DNA from: an uncultured archaeon
Lineage (GTDB): Archaea > Asgardarchaeota > Lokiarchaeia > Sigyniarchaeales > SOKP01
DNA length: 64,000 nt
Assembly: GCA_964486045.1 (NCBI GenBank)
Contig: CAZALK010000005.1
Coordinates: 32,001 to 96,000, forward strand
Reading direction: 5' to 3'
The notes under the pieces are model-generated. The model had not been told where the DNA came from, searched no databases, and saw only the letters and a list, made by a program, of their open reading frames with translations. A program made the position numbers and the translations under genes. Below, piece after piece: positions 30,738-41,245 of the stretch (positions are counted from its first letter, which is position 1; each line of letters opens with the position of its first letter).

Positions 30738-31898
30738 ATGAAAGAATTTAAAGTAAATAAAAGTATAACTCTTAAGTTGGAAAACAATAAGACGAACATC
30801 TACATTAATGATGAATTATTCCTCCAATGTAAATTTTTATTGCTAAATATCCCAACTGGTGGTGTTAATTCACCCAAAATTATTAACTCGATTGATGAGG
30901 CTGCAGAAGAATTGGATAGTTACTTAGAGGTCGGAGTTGATTATAAACTAAAGATGTCTGCAGAAGATGAATACTGGGCACATTCTTCAAATCTACAAGC
31001 ATGGTCTGAAAATGAATATGATACTCGAATCCTTCATAGCAATTTATCATTTTCGCTGCTAAAAAAACTATCTGAAAGCGGAGATTTGCTGGCTAAAAGG
31101 AAATACAAAGAAGAGATAGCAAAAAGGTTTATATATGGTAATAATAAGATTCAAGATTTCCTTTTAGAAGAAAATTACTTAAATGACCTATCTAAAGAGG
31201 AATTATTAAGTGTAGTTAATGAAAGTGATATTATTTTTGAGCTAGAACGCATTTTAAGACAAAATCTGGAAATAAATACATCGTATTATCCATACCCCCA
31301 GGGAATTGTAATAGAAAGCGCTGAGATCAAATGGTTGAGTCTACAAAATTGTAGCCTTAAAAAAATACCTGAACTGGTTAAGGAATTAAAAAAATTAAAA
31401 GGTTTGATTCTCAGAGGAAACTCTTTAGCAACCCTTCCAAATTGGATCGGAGAATTTAAATGGCTGGAGTGGCTAGACGTTTCCAATAATAAATTAAAAG
31501 ATCTTCCAGACTCAATTGGTAATCTACGAACATTAAAAAGATTTGAATTGCAAAATAATAAATTAAAAGATCTTCCAGACTCAATTGGTGACCTAATTCA
31601 GCTTGAAGTCCTTTCAGCTAATGGAAACTTGATAGAAAAACTACCAGACTCAATTGGAAATCTTGCATTGATGAAAAATTTAAGTCTTGGAGATAATGTT
31701 ATAAGTACGATCCCTAAATCAATGGGAAATATGATATCACTTAAAATTCTGGATTTAAGCAAAAATCCGCTTCAAAAACTACCTAATTCAATTTCAAGAC
31801 TCGAAAATTTAGAAAGTCTTTATCTAAGGGGAATTACCCAAAGCTTCTCAAATCTGAAAAATGATCTACGACGAAAAAAAATCATAATAATAAAATAA
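30738..31898 (+). CDS. Leucine-rich repeat protein (paralog of 2612..3901)
   Basis: FKVNKSITLKLE..WAHSSNLQAWSENEYDTRILHSNL N-domain plus 23-aa LRRs. Confidence 0.9.
   Translation: MKEFKVNKSITLKLENNKTNIYINDELFLQCKFLLLNIPTGGVNSPKIINSIDEAAEELDSYLEVGVDYKLKMSAEDEYWAHSSNLQAWSENEYDTRILHSNLSFSLLKKLSESGDLLAKRKYKEEIAKRFIYGNNKIQDFLLEENYLNDLSKEELLSVVNESDIIFELERILRQNLEINTSYYPYPQGIVIESAEIKWLSLQNCSLKKIPELVKELKKLKGLILRGNSLATLPNWIGEFKWLEWLDVSNNKLKDLPDSIGNLRTLKRFELQNNKLKDLPDSIGDLIQLEVLSANGNLIEKLPDSIGNLALMKNLSLGDNVISTIPKSMGNMISLKILDLSKNPLQKLPNSISRLENLESLYLRGITQSFSNLKNDLRRKKIIIIK
31485..31589 (+). repeat. Exact 36-bp intragenic direct repeat, 69-bp period
   Basis: AATAATAAATTAAAAGATCTTCCAGACTCAATTGGT at 31485-31520 and 31554-31589. 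Confidence 0.9.
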
Positions 31899-31922
31899 TA
31901 AAAATAGGAAAAAATTCTAAAA

Positions 31923-32666
31923 TTATGTGTTGGGTTGCTTTTCTCTTTTTACTGTTAAGTCATCTATTTTTATTTCAGTACCCTCTATTCTCGTAAACAA
32001 ACGATTAAATGTAGCTAGTATATCTTGGAAGGAAGTATCGAAACCTAAGAAATGATGAGTATCTTTGTGGTCGAAAATTTTATTATTAATATCATTTGCA
32101 TAAGCTTCATATTTTGCTCTGGTTAGTCCAGCTCTACCCAGATCATTCCTCCCATCCCACATGAAAGTTCCGCCTAGATTAACGTATTCAGGCATATGAA
32201 TTTTAAAGAGATCCGCATATAGGAAGACGAGTTTTGACTTACTTATCTTGACATTAATAAATGTATCGGGAAGAAGATATTTGTATGCGATTAAACTTGC
32301 AATGGCATTTTTGAGCTGAGTTGGATCACTAGGAGTGAATAAGATGTGAGATTCCTTAACTTCAGGATACCTTTGAGCAATGGTGTTAGTGCTAACAACT
32401 CCCGCGCCGCTATCCTGAATAAAATCGATCCTAAAAGTCCTCGTATGAAATTTTCCAAGATTATCTTTGGAAAACATTTCTTTGTATTTTTCATATATGG
32501 TTTCAATCTTCTTACCAATCTCTCCTCCTTTTTGTCCCCAAAAAGTATTGAAGTCTAGATTCGAATATCCAGTCTGTATTACAAATAGAGCGTCGTCAGA
32601 AAATCCTTCTATTTCGTTAGGCTTAATAAGATCTATAATATCACTGAATTCTATCGGAACCTTAAT
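31923..32666 (-). pseudogene. Probable 5'-truncated C-terminal fragment of an unknown larger protein
   Basis: Frame stays open 63 codons upstream of ATG 32477, up to the junction with the LRR remnant. Confidence 0.55.
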
Positions 32667-32859
32667 TTATACTATCCCTGAATCGATAGGGAATATGACA
32701 TCACTCAAGAGCTTGGATGTGGGAGGGAATCCAATAAGGAAACTACCTAATTCGATAGCGAGACTTGAAAATTTAAAAAGCTTGTATCTGAAAGGAGTAA
32801 ACCAAGAATTTCCCAATTTAAGAAATGATCTTAAACGATTAATTATTCGAAGATTTTAG
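32665..32859 (+). pseudogene. LRR gene 3' remnant
   Basis: TIPESIGNMTSLKSLDVGGNPIRKLPNSIARLENLKSLYLKG..NLRNDL aligns with the C-terminus of 30738..31898. Confidence 0.8.
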
Positions 32860-33003
32860 GGATCAATATTACATAACTTTTCCTTACATTCTTCAAGAAT
32901 TTGATATAAAAGATAAAAGCTTCATAGGGATTCGGAAATATTTGATACAGAAGAAAAGCTCAGAAAATTAGTATAATTTAAGTTTTAATCATTAGATTAA
33001 TTA

Positions 33004-33201
33004 TTATAAATTTACTGCAACAACAATAACTATAGCTATTATCAAAAACAAAAGGAACCCTAAACACATCCTGACGTTTTTTTTTTTATCGACAGGTCCA
33101 CTCCTCCCAGATCCCCCATTACGTATGGTTTTTTGATATTTTACCTCAGCATCAGCAGCTCTCTCTCTCTCTTTATCTAGGTTTCTCAAATATTCACTCA
33201 T
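33004..33201 (-). CDS. Small tail-anchored membrane protein
   Basis: Charged helical N-terminus, KKK, single C-terminal TM. Confidence 0.6.
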   Translation of the reverse strand: MSEYLRNLDKERERAADAEVKYQKTIRNGGSGRSGPVDKKKNVRMCLGFLLFLIIAIVIVVAVNL

Positions 33202-33365
33202 TTTTTCTTTCTCGGTTTTTTGTTATTTTTATAATTTATTTTTCTTTCTTATCCCATATAAAGTTTGCTAACAATATCCTCATGTCTAGATCTCTTACCT
33301 TGTTAAAATATACTTTAAGAATTGCTAGTTCGTTTGCGGATTGAAATGAAAAACTCCGAATCTAT

Positions 33366-34010
33366 TTATTTTTTTTTCCCAATACAAAAGAAGTACGACT
33401 TAAGAAGGAAATCTCTTTTTATTACATCGGTCAATTCCTTTTTCATCATAGAGTATAGTTCTAGACTATTTTGATGACCTTCATAGGTTCCACCATATTT
33501 TTTTGCAAGAGAGATGGTTAGTTTAGTCTTTAAACCAGCAAGCCTACCAGATGCTATTTGCATATCTCCAATAATAATTTCTCCTTGTTTCTTAACATTA
33601 GAGAGTAAATTATAATATGCTGATTTAAACTCTGGAATTATTGACATTCCTAGAGTACAGACCCCTACGTCGGCCTTCTCTTCAAGTCTATCCTTAAATT
33701 TGGTAATATCAGCTTCTATTAACTCGACATTTTCCCATTTTTCCTTTCTAATTATTTCTTCAGCTTTTTTCAACATTTCAGAGGAAAAATCAACACCAAT
33801 TATTTTTCCTTCTTTTCCAATCTTCTTTAAAATATGAGAAAAATCTAAACCTGTTCCACAGCAAAACACTAAAACAGTATCCCCAATTTTTAAAGAGGAT
33901 TCATTCAATGCTTTTTCTTTATATTTTTCAAAGCGCGCCATTGATGAACCGTTTTCTTTAGCTACTTCGCCACTATAAATCTCTTCGATCCTTTTTTTAT
34001 CTAACGTCAT
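33366..34010 (-). CDS. Class I SAM-dependent methyltransferase
   Basis: VLVFCCGTG, IIGVDFSSEML, LIEADI. Confidence 0.88.
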   Translation of the reverse strand: MTLDKKRIEEIYSGEVAKENGSSMARFEKYKEKALNESSLKIGDTVLVFCCGTGLDFSHILKKIGKEGKIIGVDFSSEMLKKAEEIIRKEKWENVELIEADITKFKDRLEEKADVGVCTLGMSIIPEFKSAYYNLLSNVKKQGEIIIGDMQIASGRLAGLKTKLTISLAKKYGGTYEGHQNSLELYSMMKKELTDVIKRDFLLKSYFFCIGKKK

Positions 34011-34114
34011 TTTAACCTCACTAAATATAAATTAATGTTTTAAATTTATTAATTTTTCTTTTATTGTCTTAAGAAAGAAGCAAATGATTACCTAAAATGC
34101 TTTAATTTTTAACA

Positions 34115-36106
34115 TTACAAATTTAATTGCTTAAAGAAAGATGGAAGTGAAAAATTAATTTTGACCTTGTCCTTCTGCGTTATTTCAATAATGGCACGGA
34201 TCAAAAAATTATTTTTTAAATCCTTATCAGGAGCATAGATTTTTACTTTTGCAGAAGGTTTTATTTTTAGGGAGTAATTTTCCGCAATTCCAGTGACGGT
34301 TTCACTAGTTTTAACTTTAATCCCTAGGAGACCTAACTCGTAATGAGATACTATGAACAGTATTTGATCTTGATTTTCTGAGGTTTTTTCAAAATAGACA
34401 ACTTCAAGGTAATCTTCTTTTAACTCTTTAGGTAGTTGTGAAAATGGTATAACCTTCTTTTTACCAGTAATATAGGGGAATGGAGTGTAGAATAATTTAT
34501 TAAAACTAGAGATTTTTTTAATTTGTTCATTATATTTTTCAACATCCTTGATAGTATATGCTTTATCTAACAAAAGATCTATTTTATCGACCATGTCTTC
34601 TGCTGAATACCCGTCTAATACAGTAGATATATAGGATCTTTTGAGTTTTTCTAAAAGTATTTCACTTTTTAGAGTTAGTTTATAGTCAATAGAAACTTCT
34701 AATGCTTGGTTATATAAATTTACGGCAATTTGGGAATGTCCTAATGCTAAAAAATAATCACCTAGTTCACTAAATACAGTAATGGCATCAAGGAAGTTTT
34801 CATCTAAATTTAAAGTTGAAATTTCTTCCATAATATTCATCGCAGTTTCTCTCTCTTCTCCTTCAATAAAAAGAGAAATTGCTTTTCCAATTAGACATTT
34901 GAGTTTTAATCTTTCATCTCCATAGATTTCTGCCAATTCTTCAGTAAAGTTGTATTGTAAAATAGCACTCTTGTACAATCCATGGAATAAATAAATTAAA
35001 GCCTTAATGTAGTTAAGAGTTAAACAGATCTTATAATTATGAATAATAGTAGAAAATAGAGCGGCTCTTTCAATCGAACCAATTGCGGAATTGATCCTCC
35101 CAAGCGATACTAATAAATATGCTCGTAAAAATTCCATTTTACTGATTTCTGAACAGATAATTTGCTCAATAATTTCATAATCCTTTATTTTCGTTAATTC
35201 TCCTGAAGCAACTTGGAGTAATGATGTTAAAAACTGATTTCCCTTTTTCAAATATTTTACAGCTTCTTTAGATTTACTTTTTATAATAGCTTCTCTTGCT
35301 CTAATCACGTATTCTCTTGAAATCCTCAAGTTTTCTAAAAATTTTATAAGACCAAATACTTGTTCCTCTTCACTTTGGGGAAGATCTTGATTGGCAATAT
35401 ATTTTTCAGCAATATTGATTTCTTCTGAATATCGAGAGGCACCCACTTCAAACTTCATACCAATATCACGATTCTCTAATTCAAAATCTTGGGTCAAAAT
35501 AGAGTCTTCTGTAACCGTAATTGCTTTTTCAATTAACCATGTAATTTTTTGTTCGGCAGGATATGTTTTAGAGCGTTCTATCATATAAGATAACGTATAA
35601 TTTAGGCTTCTCTTCCATATATCTTTAAAATACTTTCTCATTTGAGAAATAGAAGTAGTCCTCTGAATTTTTAATAGAAAACTTGAGAGAGACAAAATAT
35701 TAATTTTTCCTTTATAAAGCAGACTAGTGTTTTTTACCAGCTTAAAATCATCTGTTATGAGGTGAACATGTGAAGTATCAGATTTATCTAGTAAATTTTT
35801 TGCTATATAAACAAGAGAGAGGTCAGGATCTTGTGCGGGGAACCGAATGTTAAATTGAGTTAGATCATTCTTTACATCTTCAATTTCAATTGGTAAGATT
35901 TTTTCCACGTTCACTATCTGTCTTAATTTCTCTTTGTAAGTATGGGGAGCTTTTATCTCATCAAACACAACTTCTGAGATATAATATTCATAGCCCAATT
36001 CGTTAGCAGCTTTAGATAAATTCCCTAATATATTACGAGCTCGAATTTGGAGCATGCAAATAAAAAAATTTGCATCGAACACTAATTTGTGTTTTTTATC
36101 AGGCAT
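34115..36106 (-). CDS. PIN-domain + TPR protein
   Basis: LVFDANFFI, SEVVFDEI, QDPDLSL, LITDDFKL (PIN acidic set), then TPR-like helices. Confidence 0.75.
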   Translation of the reverse strand: MPDKKHKLVFDANFFICMLQIRARNILGNLSKAANELGYEYYISEVVFDEIKAPHTYKEKLRQIVNVEKILPIEIEDVKNDLTQFNIRFPAQDPDLSLVYIAKNLLDKSDTSHVHLITDDFKLVKNTSLLYKGKINILSLSSFLLKIQRTTSISQMRKYFKDIWKRSLNYTLSYMIERSKTYPAEQKITWLIEKAITVTEDSILTQDFELENRDIGMKFEVGASRYSEEINIAEKYIANQDLPQSEEEQVFGLIKFLENLRISREYVIRAREAIIKSKSKEAVKYLKKGNQFLTSLLQVASGELTKIKDYEIIEQIICSEISKMEFLRAYLLVSLGRINSAIGSIERAALFSTIIHNYKICLTLNYIKALIYLFHGLYKSAILQYNFTEELAEIYGDERLKLKCLIGKAISLFIEGEERETAMNIMEEISTLNLDENFLDAITVFSELGDYFLALGHSQIAVNLYNQALEVSIDYKLTLKSEILLEKLKRSYISTVLDGYSAEDMVDKIDLLLDKAYTIKDVEKYNEQIKKISSFNKLFYTPFPYITGKKKVIPFSQLPKELKEDYLEVVYFEKTSENQDQILFIVSHYELGLLGIKVKTSETVTGIAENYSLKIKPSAKVKIYAPDKDLKNNFLIRAIIEITQKDKVKINFSLPSFFKQLNL

Positions 36107-36248
36107 TTGGATATAAATCTATTTTGAATTATACAGAAAATCTTATTTAAATAAATATTAAATATTAAAATATTATAATCTTTTTTATTGAAAATTATAG
36201 GAATAAAAAAGATTAAGTCAACAAGAATTAAAGAAGTAAGAAAAATTA

Positions 36249-36770
36249 GTGTGTGTGATTGTAATTAAAATTATTGATGTCATAGGGTATTCTGGTTCAG
36301 GAAAGACATATTTAATAACAAACGCTATAAAATTACTTAAAACACAGCTGAATTATAATATTGTTGTTATTAAAAATGTTAAACATCACCAAATTGATGA
36401 AGAAGGAAAAGATTCGCATAAATTCACAGAATCTGGAGCATCTTATTCAATAATCAAAAACAACGTAAATGATTTGGGTATTTTCTTAAATGTAAAAGAA
36501 GAAAAATTAGAAGAAATTTTTAATTGGCTTCAGAAAGGTCCATATAAGGTAGATTTATTATTAACAGAAGGATTTAGACATTTAAAGCATCCTACTATAT
36601 TATGTGTGAGTAAATTAGATGAGATAGCATCTCAATTAAACGAAAATGTTAAAATAATCTCTGGAATAATCTGCTCTAATATCAAGATGACTAATAGTTT
36701 TACAAGACTGCCGATAGTAGATCTTGAAAAAAAATTTCAAAGATTTTTAGAAATATTCAAAATCGAATAA
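36249..36770 (+). CDS. mobB: Molybdopterin-guanine dinucleotide biosynthesis protein B
   Basis: GYSGSGKT, IDEEGKDSHKF..SGA, LLLTEGF. Confidence 0.9.
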   Translation: MCVIVIKIIDVIGYSGSGKTYLITNAIKLLKTQLNYNIVVIKNVKHHQIDEEGKDSHKFTESGASYSIIKNNVNDLGIFLNVKEEKLEEIFNWLQKGPYKVDLLLTEGFRHLKHPTILCVSKLDEIASQLNENVKIISGIICSNIKMTNSFTRLPIVDLEKKFQRFLEIFKIE

Positions 36771-36791
36771 AAATTGGAAAGGTCATTTGAT

Positions 36792-38720
36792 TTAATCAAT
36801 GCCTTTCCAAAATAAAGCAAGTTCCTCACAAACAAATTTAAGATCATTTAAAATTTCTTTATTTTCAATATCGGAGAGGAAGACTTCGCATAATTGTTCG
36901 AATACTTCAACTTTATTTGAAGGATCCTTCACAGAATTTCGAATACTCAGAATTAAATCGTTCAAAGGAATAATAATTTCATGAATCAACCACTCCTCAA
37001 AATAAGGTTGATCTGAGAAAGACTGTATATTATACGTTAGCATTATCTGTGTTAGTTCTTCATCCGAATAGAAATTTGTTTCTGGAATAACAATATTAAA
37101 TTTATTTTTAACTTTTTGCCTTAAATATTCTTTATTTAAACTGATTACAAAATCAGGCCAAATATCGTCACTGTAGTTGATATCTTGAAAAACAAATAAT
37201 TCTAATACTCGTAATGCGATGTTTTTACCGATATAACGACTCCGTGGATCAATAAAATTTTTTGAGGCATCGTCAGGATTAATCCTTAGAAAGATTTTGT
37301 CAATAATTACATAAAGAATTCTACATATATGATCGACAATTTTATCAAAAGTAAATGGGAAATTCTCCGGATTTTCCGAGAGGAGCTTGTTTTCCTGATT
37401 TATCTTTAAAGTAAAATTTGAATTGAAACTTTTTAAAAATGTCTTAAAAAAACCATAATTTAAGTGAGATATGTTTTTCTTAAAGATCTTTTTGAAAAAA
37501 AGGTCAATGTGATCAGTGTTAGAAAGAGTGTAAAGAAAATTCAAAAAACTTTTTATATTATTTATAGAGTTAGTCCCTATTACATCATCTACATTTCTAT
37601 TATATTTATCTAATGTATTCTTAAAAATTGTTGGTAAAAATAGTAGATCTCCTACCTCCAAGGCTTCAAGACCGCTTCCAACATAATATTTCATATACAG
37701 GAGGAATAAATTTAGCTGAGATTTTTGAGAGGGAAGGTTATTTGCTTGAAATGTTGAGTACAGCGTTGATTTTTTATCCAGAAAGTCAAAAAATTTCATG
37801 AGTGAATTTTTTTTCTCAGCACTATAATCATCAAGGTTAGCTAGAAATTCCTTTCTGACAATTTCTACTTTCGAAAATACAGAGTCTTCTACTCTTGCTC
37901 CCACAAAATTAAAGAAGTCTAACAATGGAGAAAAACTCTGTAATAAATTACACTTTTTATAAAAATAATATAACAAATCAACCAATTTTTCTTTAACTAA
38001 GGGATAATTATCCATTGCCATCTGGTATAACTTTTCTCTTCCTTTTAAAAGTTTGTTATAAAATTCTTCGGTAATGCCTTTAATGGGTCTAAGGAAATAG
38101 TATAGAACCATATCGTAATAACTATGAAATATTTCATCCTTACTATCCTTTATTATAATCATAAAATTCAAAGATGAATTATTTTTGCCTGTGTTAACGA
38201 TTATGGCATCTAGCAAGATGAATATTTCTTCTTGAATTGTTTTCCTAATTAACATACCTAAGACTCGAATAAGAAAATACAAGTATCCCATAGGAAAAGA
38301 AAAACCAAAAAAAACTTCAGAATCAAATTTTCTTGAAATTTTTAGAAAATGTTCCTCCTCTTTAGGAGTTAAGAAGTAATTATATTCTAAGAATAAAAAT
38401 TCCTCAGAGATCTTTTCTTTGTTTATCATTTCTAAAGAATTTTCATTAAAACCAAAAAAGTTCTGCAAAAAATATTTAAAAAACTGATGAAAATTATCAT
38501 AGAAAAACGTTGTAAACGTCTTTTTTATTATTCTTTTCTGGTTTTTTTGAATAAATTTATCCCATTTTAAAGTGATTTCATTTTGAAACTCTTTAAAATT
38601 CTCATTTTTTCTTTCTAAAATTTCAAAAAGTACACTTGTTTCTAACTTAAAGTCGAATCCTAATCCTTTAACTTTTTCCGCTAAGAATTCTAACGTAGAA
38701 ACTAATTCTTTGCTATCCAA
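36792..38720 (-). CDS. Hypothetical Phe-rich helical protein
   Basis: 642-aa uninterrupted ORF; no recognised motif. Confidence 0.7.
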   Translation of the reverse strand: MDSKELVSTLEFLAEKVKGLGFDFKLETSVLFEILERKNENFKEFQNEITLKWDKFIQKNQKRIIKKTFTTFFYDNFHQFFKYFLQNFFGFNENSLEMINKEKISEEFLFLEYNYFLTPKEEEHFLKISRKFDSEVFFGFSFPMGYLYFLIRVLGMLIRKTIQEEIFILLDAIIVNTGKNNSSLNFMIIIKDSKDEIFHSYYDMVLYYFLRPIKGITEEFYNKLLKGREKLYQMAMDNYPLVKEKLVDLLYYFYKKCNLLQSFSPLLDFFNFVGARVEDSVFSKVEIVRKEFLANLDDYSAEKKNSLMKFFDFLDKKSTLYSTFQANNLPSQKSQLNLFLLYMKYYVGSGLEALEVGDLLFLPTIFKNTLDKYNRNVDDVIGTNSINNIKSFLNFLYTLSNTDHIDLFFKKIFKKNISHLNYGFFKTFLKSFNSNFTLKINQENKLLSENPENFPFTFDKIVDHICRILYVIIDKIFLRINPDDASKNFIDPRSRYIGKNIALRVLELFVFQDINYSDDIWPDFVISLNKEYLRQKVKNKFNIVIPETNFYSDEELTQIMLTYNIQSFSDQPYFEEWLIHEIIIPLNDLILSIRNSVKDPSNKVEVFEQLCEVFLSDIENKEILNDLKFVCEELALFWKGID

Positions 38721-38857
38721 ATTTTATCATTTATTTATTTAATAACAATATATTATTGATACCTTACAACCCAAATTAAAGCTATTTATTAATAAAATAA
38801 AATTTTGAAAATAAAAATATTAGTATAATCTTTAAAATCAGTCAACTTCATTATAAA

Positions 38858-39898
38858 TTAAAAAATTTTTGTTATCTCATCCGTTTCAGAGTACTCAAGC
38901 GGATAGGTATTCCCATCTTTTTTTTTAACTCTCAAACCCTTTTCTTTGGATACAAATTTACCTATTTGTTCTGCTATTATATTATTTGTTCTTAGTAATT
39001 CAATTAGGTCAGATGAATTTTCTTGGTTAACAGCAATTAATAAAGATCCAGATGAAATAGTATTATATGGGTTAAGATTAAACATTTCACTAAAAATTTT
39101 GGACTCTGGAAATATATTTATTTTTTCCTCTTCAATTACTACCCCCGTCATTGAAGAAATTGTCATTTCGGCTATAGCCGTGTAAATACCTCCTTCAGTG
39201 GGATCGTGACACGATTTAATTTTAAAATTATTATGTGCTAACAGAGCTTCCTTATAAACACTTATACCTGGATGAAATAAGTATGCTTTACTCTTTTGTA
39301 TAAAATCATAAGTGAACCCTTGATCTACCAAGGTCTTTTCTTTTTCGCGTCCTATGATCGAAGTCCCTTCAATGAATATTCCTTTAGTTAAAATGAGTGC
39401 ATCCCCCGCTTCTGCGCCTGAAGTAAGAACAAGTTTTTTCTTTTCGACTTCTCCTAATAGCGAGCCAATAATCACTGGTCTATCGAGGTGTGCCGTAATT
39501 TCTATATGTCCCCCGATTACTGTTATCCCCATAGGTTTGCATGTATTATTAATATCCTCAAATATTTTTTTAATTAGTTTAGCTGTTGTTTCTTTTTCTG
39601 GTAATAAAATTGTAGATTGGAACCATTGTGGTTTTGCCCCAGTACATACAAGATCATTTACGTTAATATTTACCACATAATACCCTATCTGATCAGTAGC
39701 AAAAGTAATAGGATCAGTTTTAGCAACCAAATAATTATCACCTGGTATATCAATTACAGCGGCATCTTCACCAATCTTTGAACCTGAGATAACTCTCTCA
39801 TCATAAATTTCTATACCTGAAATCAACTCAGCTAAATATTTATGCTTGAGTTTTCCAAGAGCAAATTTATTGCCATTTCTTCTCATAAAATTTATCAC
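38858..39898 (-). CDS. AIR synthase-related (HypE/ThiL-like) protein
   Basis: GEDAAVI, KTDPIT, NVNDL..GA.P, GGH, HDPTEGG, ISSGSLL. Confidence 0.88.
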   Translation of the reverse strand: MINFMRRNGNKFALGKLKHKYLAELISGIEIYDERVISGSKIGEDAAVIDIPGDNYLVAKTDPITFATDQIGYYVVNINVNDLVCTGAKPQWFQSTILLPEKETTAKLIKKIFEDINNTCKPMGITVIGGHIEITAHLDRPVIIGSLLGEVEKKKLVLTSGAEAGDALILTKGIFIEGTSIIGREKEKTLVDQGFTYDFIQKSKAYLFHPGISVYKEALLAHNNFKIKSCHDPTEGGIYTAIAEMTISSMTGVVIEEEKINIFPESKIFSEMFNLNPYNTISSGSLLIAVNQENSSDLIELLRTNNIIAEQIGKFVSKEKGLRVKKKDGNTYPLEYSETDEITKIF

Positions 39899-40212
39899 TA
39901 TAATAAGAGAATATAAATATTTAAATTTTGGAGATGTAATTTGCTGACGAGTATTGAATTTTTTTTAATGTATAACCTACAATTTGGATAACTAAAGTAG
40001 ATTATTTATTGAAAATGGATTTTATAAAAGATTAAATTTGTGTAAATCTCTTTTTCAAGTCAAAAATCAAGGATGTTATTAAGAAAAAACTGTTGAATCT
40101 AAAAAATGTCTTCACTAAAATTTAAAAAATGAATTACATTTATATCGTTATATATTTATTCTTATTCAAAAACATTAATTAGAATTCTTTTAGAAAGAAG
40201 AGACTGAGAAAA

Positions 40213-40746
40213 ATGGGATTTGGCAAATCATTTTTATTAAGTTTAGTGGCTTTTATTGGATTAAATTTTGTTTTTACAATTTTGTATTATTTGCTGGGTG
40301 CTGGATTTAACGCTTTGATTAATGAAATTCAGACCGCTCCTCTAATGATTATTTATTATTTATTCGGCTCTATAGCTAGTGTTCCCTCAAATATTTTAAA
40401 TTGGGTTATTGTTGACCCTCTTTTTAATCCCCCACTTATTATGTCTAATCTATTAATGGGGATAGGATTTCTCATTGCACCACTCATCGCAGCAATTCTG
40501 GCGGGTAAATTTGCAGAAAGTAAGCTTCAAGGATTCGCAGGGTGGTTATTAACTGTTGTCATTAGTACTGGAGCAATAATTATTGGTGCGATTTTAAGTC
40601 CTACGTTTCAAACAATTCTAACAACTTTATACCCTACATGGTCTAGTTTCAATTTGATCTTAATATACCTTGTAGTCAGCTGTATAGTAAATATTGTTTT
40701 CTATGGATTCTTCGCATTGCTAGTGTCGAAATCAGAATATTATTGA
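40213..40746 (+). CDS. Multi-pass membrane protein
   Basis: 4-5 hydrophobic helices. Confidence 0.75.
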   Translation: MGFGKSFLLSLVAFIGLNFVFTILYYLLGAGFNALINEIQTAPLMIIYYLFGSIASVPSNILNWVIVDPLFNPPLIMSNLLMGIGFLIAPLIAAILAGKFAESKLQGFAGWLLTVVISTGAIIIGAILSPTFQTILTTLYPTWSSFNLILIYLVVSCIVNIVFYGFFALLVSKSEYY

Positions 40747-41245
40747 TTCTATCTGAAATTAAAAAGAGTATTTACATCTTTTTCCTATTTTTAAATTTTA
40801 ATGAATAATCCAGAATATTAAAAGAGTAAATAATTATTAGATAATTAAAAAAAATAGATCCCCCAACAATAAATGCTGGAGGATGCATTTATCCTGCCTA
40901 ACTCTGGATTCTAATTTTTTTGTCTAAGAGATATTGGGTAGGAGTATGACTTATAAATATTATCATGAAAGAGTAGATCGGCAAGTAGAAGTCTTCTAAT
41001 CTACAGATTCGATTTAACGAAAATGTCGAATACTTATAAATTTCAATTATAGTTGTCATTAACATAATTGTCAATTAAGGAAAATTGTCTTATGTTCTGA
41101 AAAAAATGAATAGAATAGCCAGAGTAGTTATGGAAGAAAATTTGTTAGAAAGATCTATAAGTATTATCGAAGAAAATTATGAGGATATTTATTGTCAGCG
41201 TGCTAAACATAGAATCAAATCAAAATTATTTATCAAAGTTGATTT

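Noticed and set aside
31700-32859. LRR 3' end and its downstream copy as a DGR variable/template repeat pair
   Set aside because: Differences are not adenine-specific (many synonymous changes at all bases) and there is no reverse transcriptase in the window
32467-32859. 130-aa ORF as a real gene
   Set aside because: Chimeric: the first ~66 codons are antisense to the minus-strand frame, and only 32665-32859 is LRR-like
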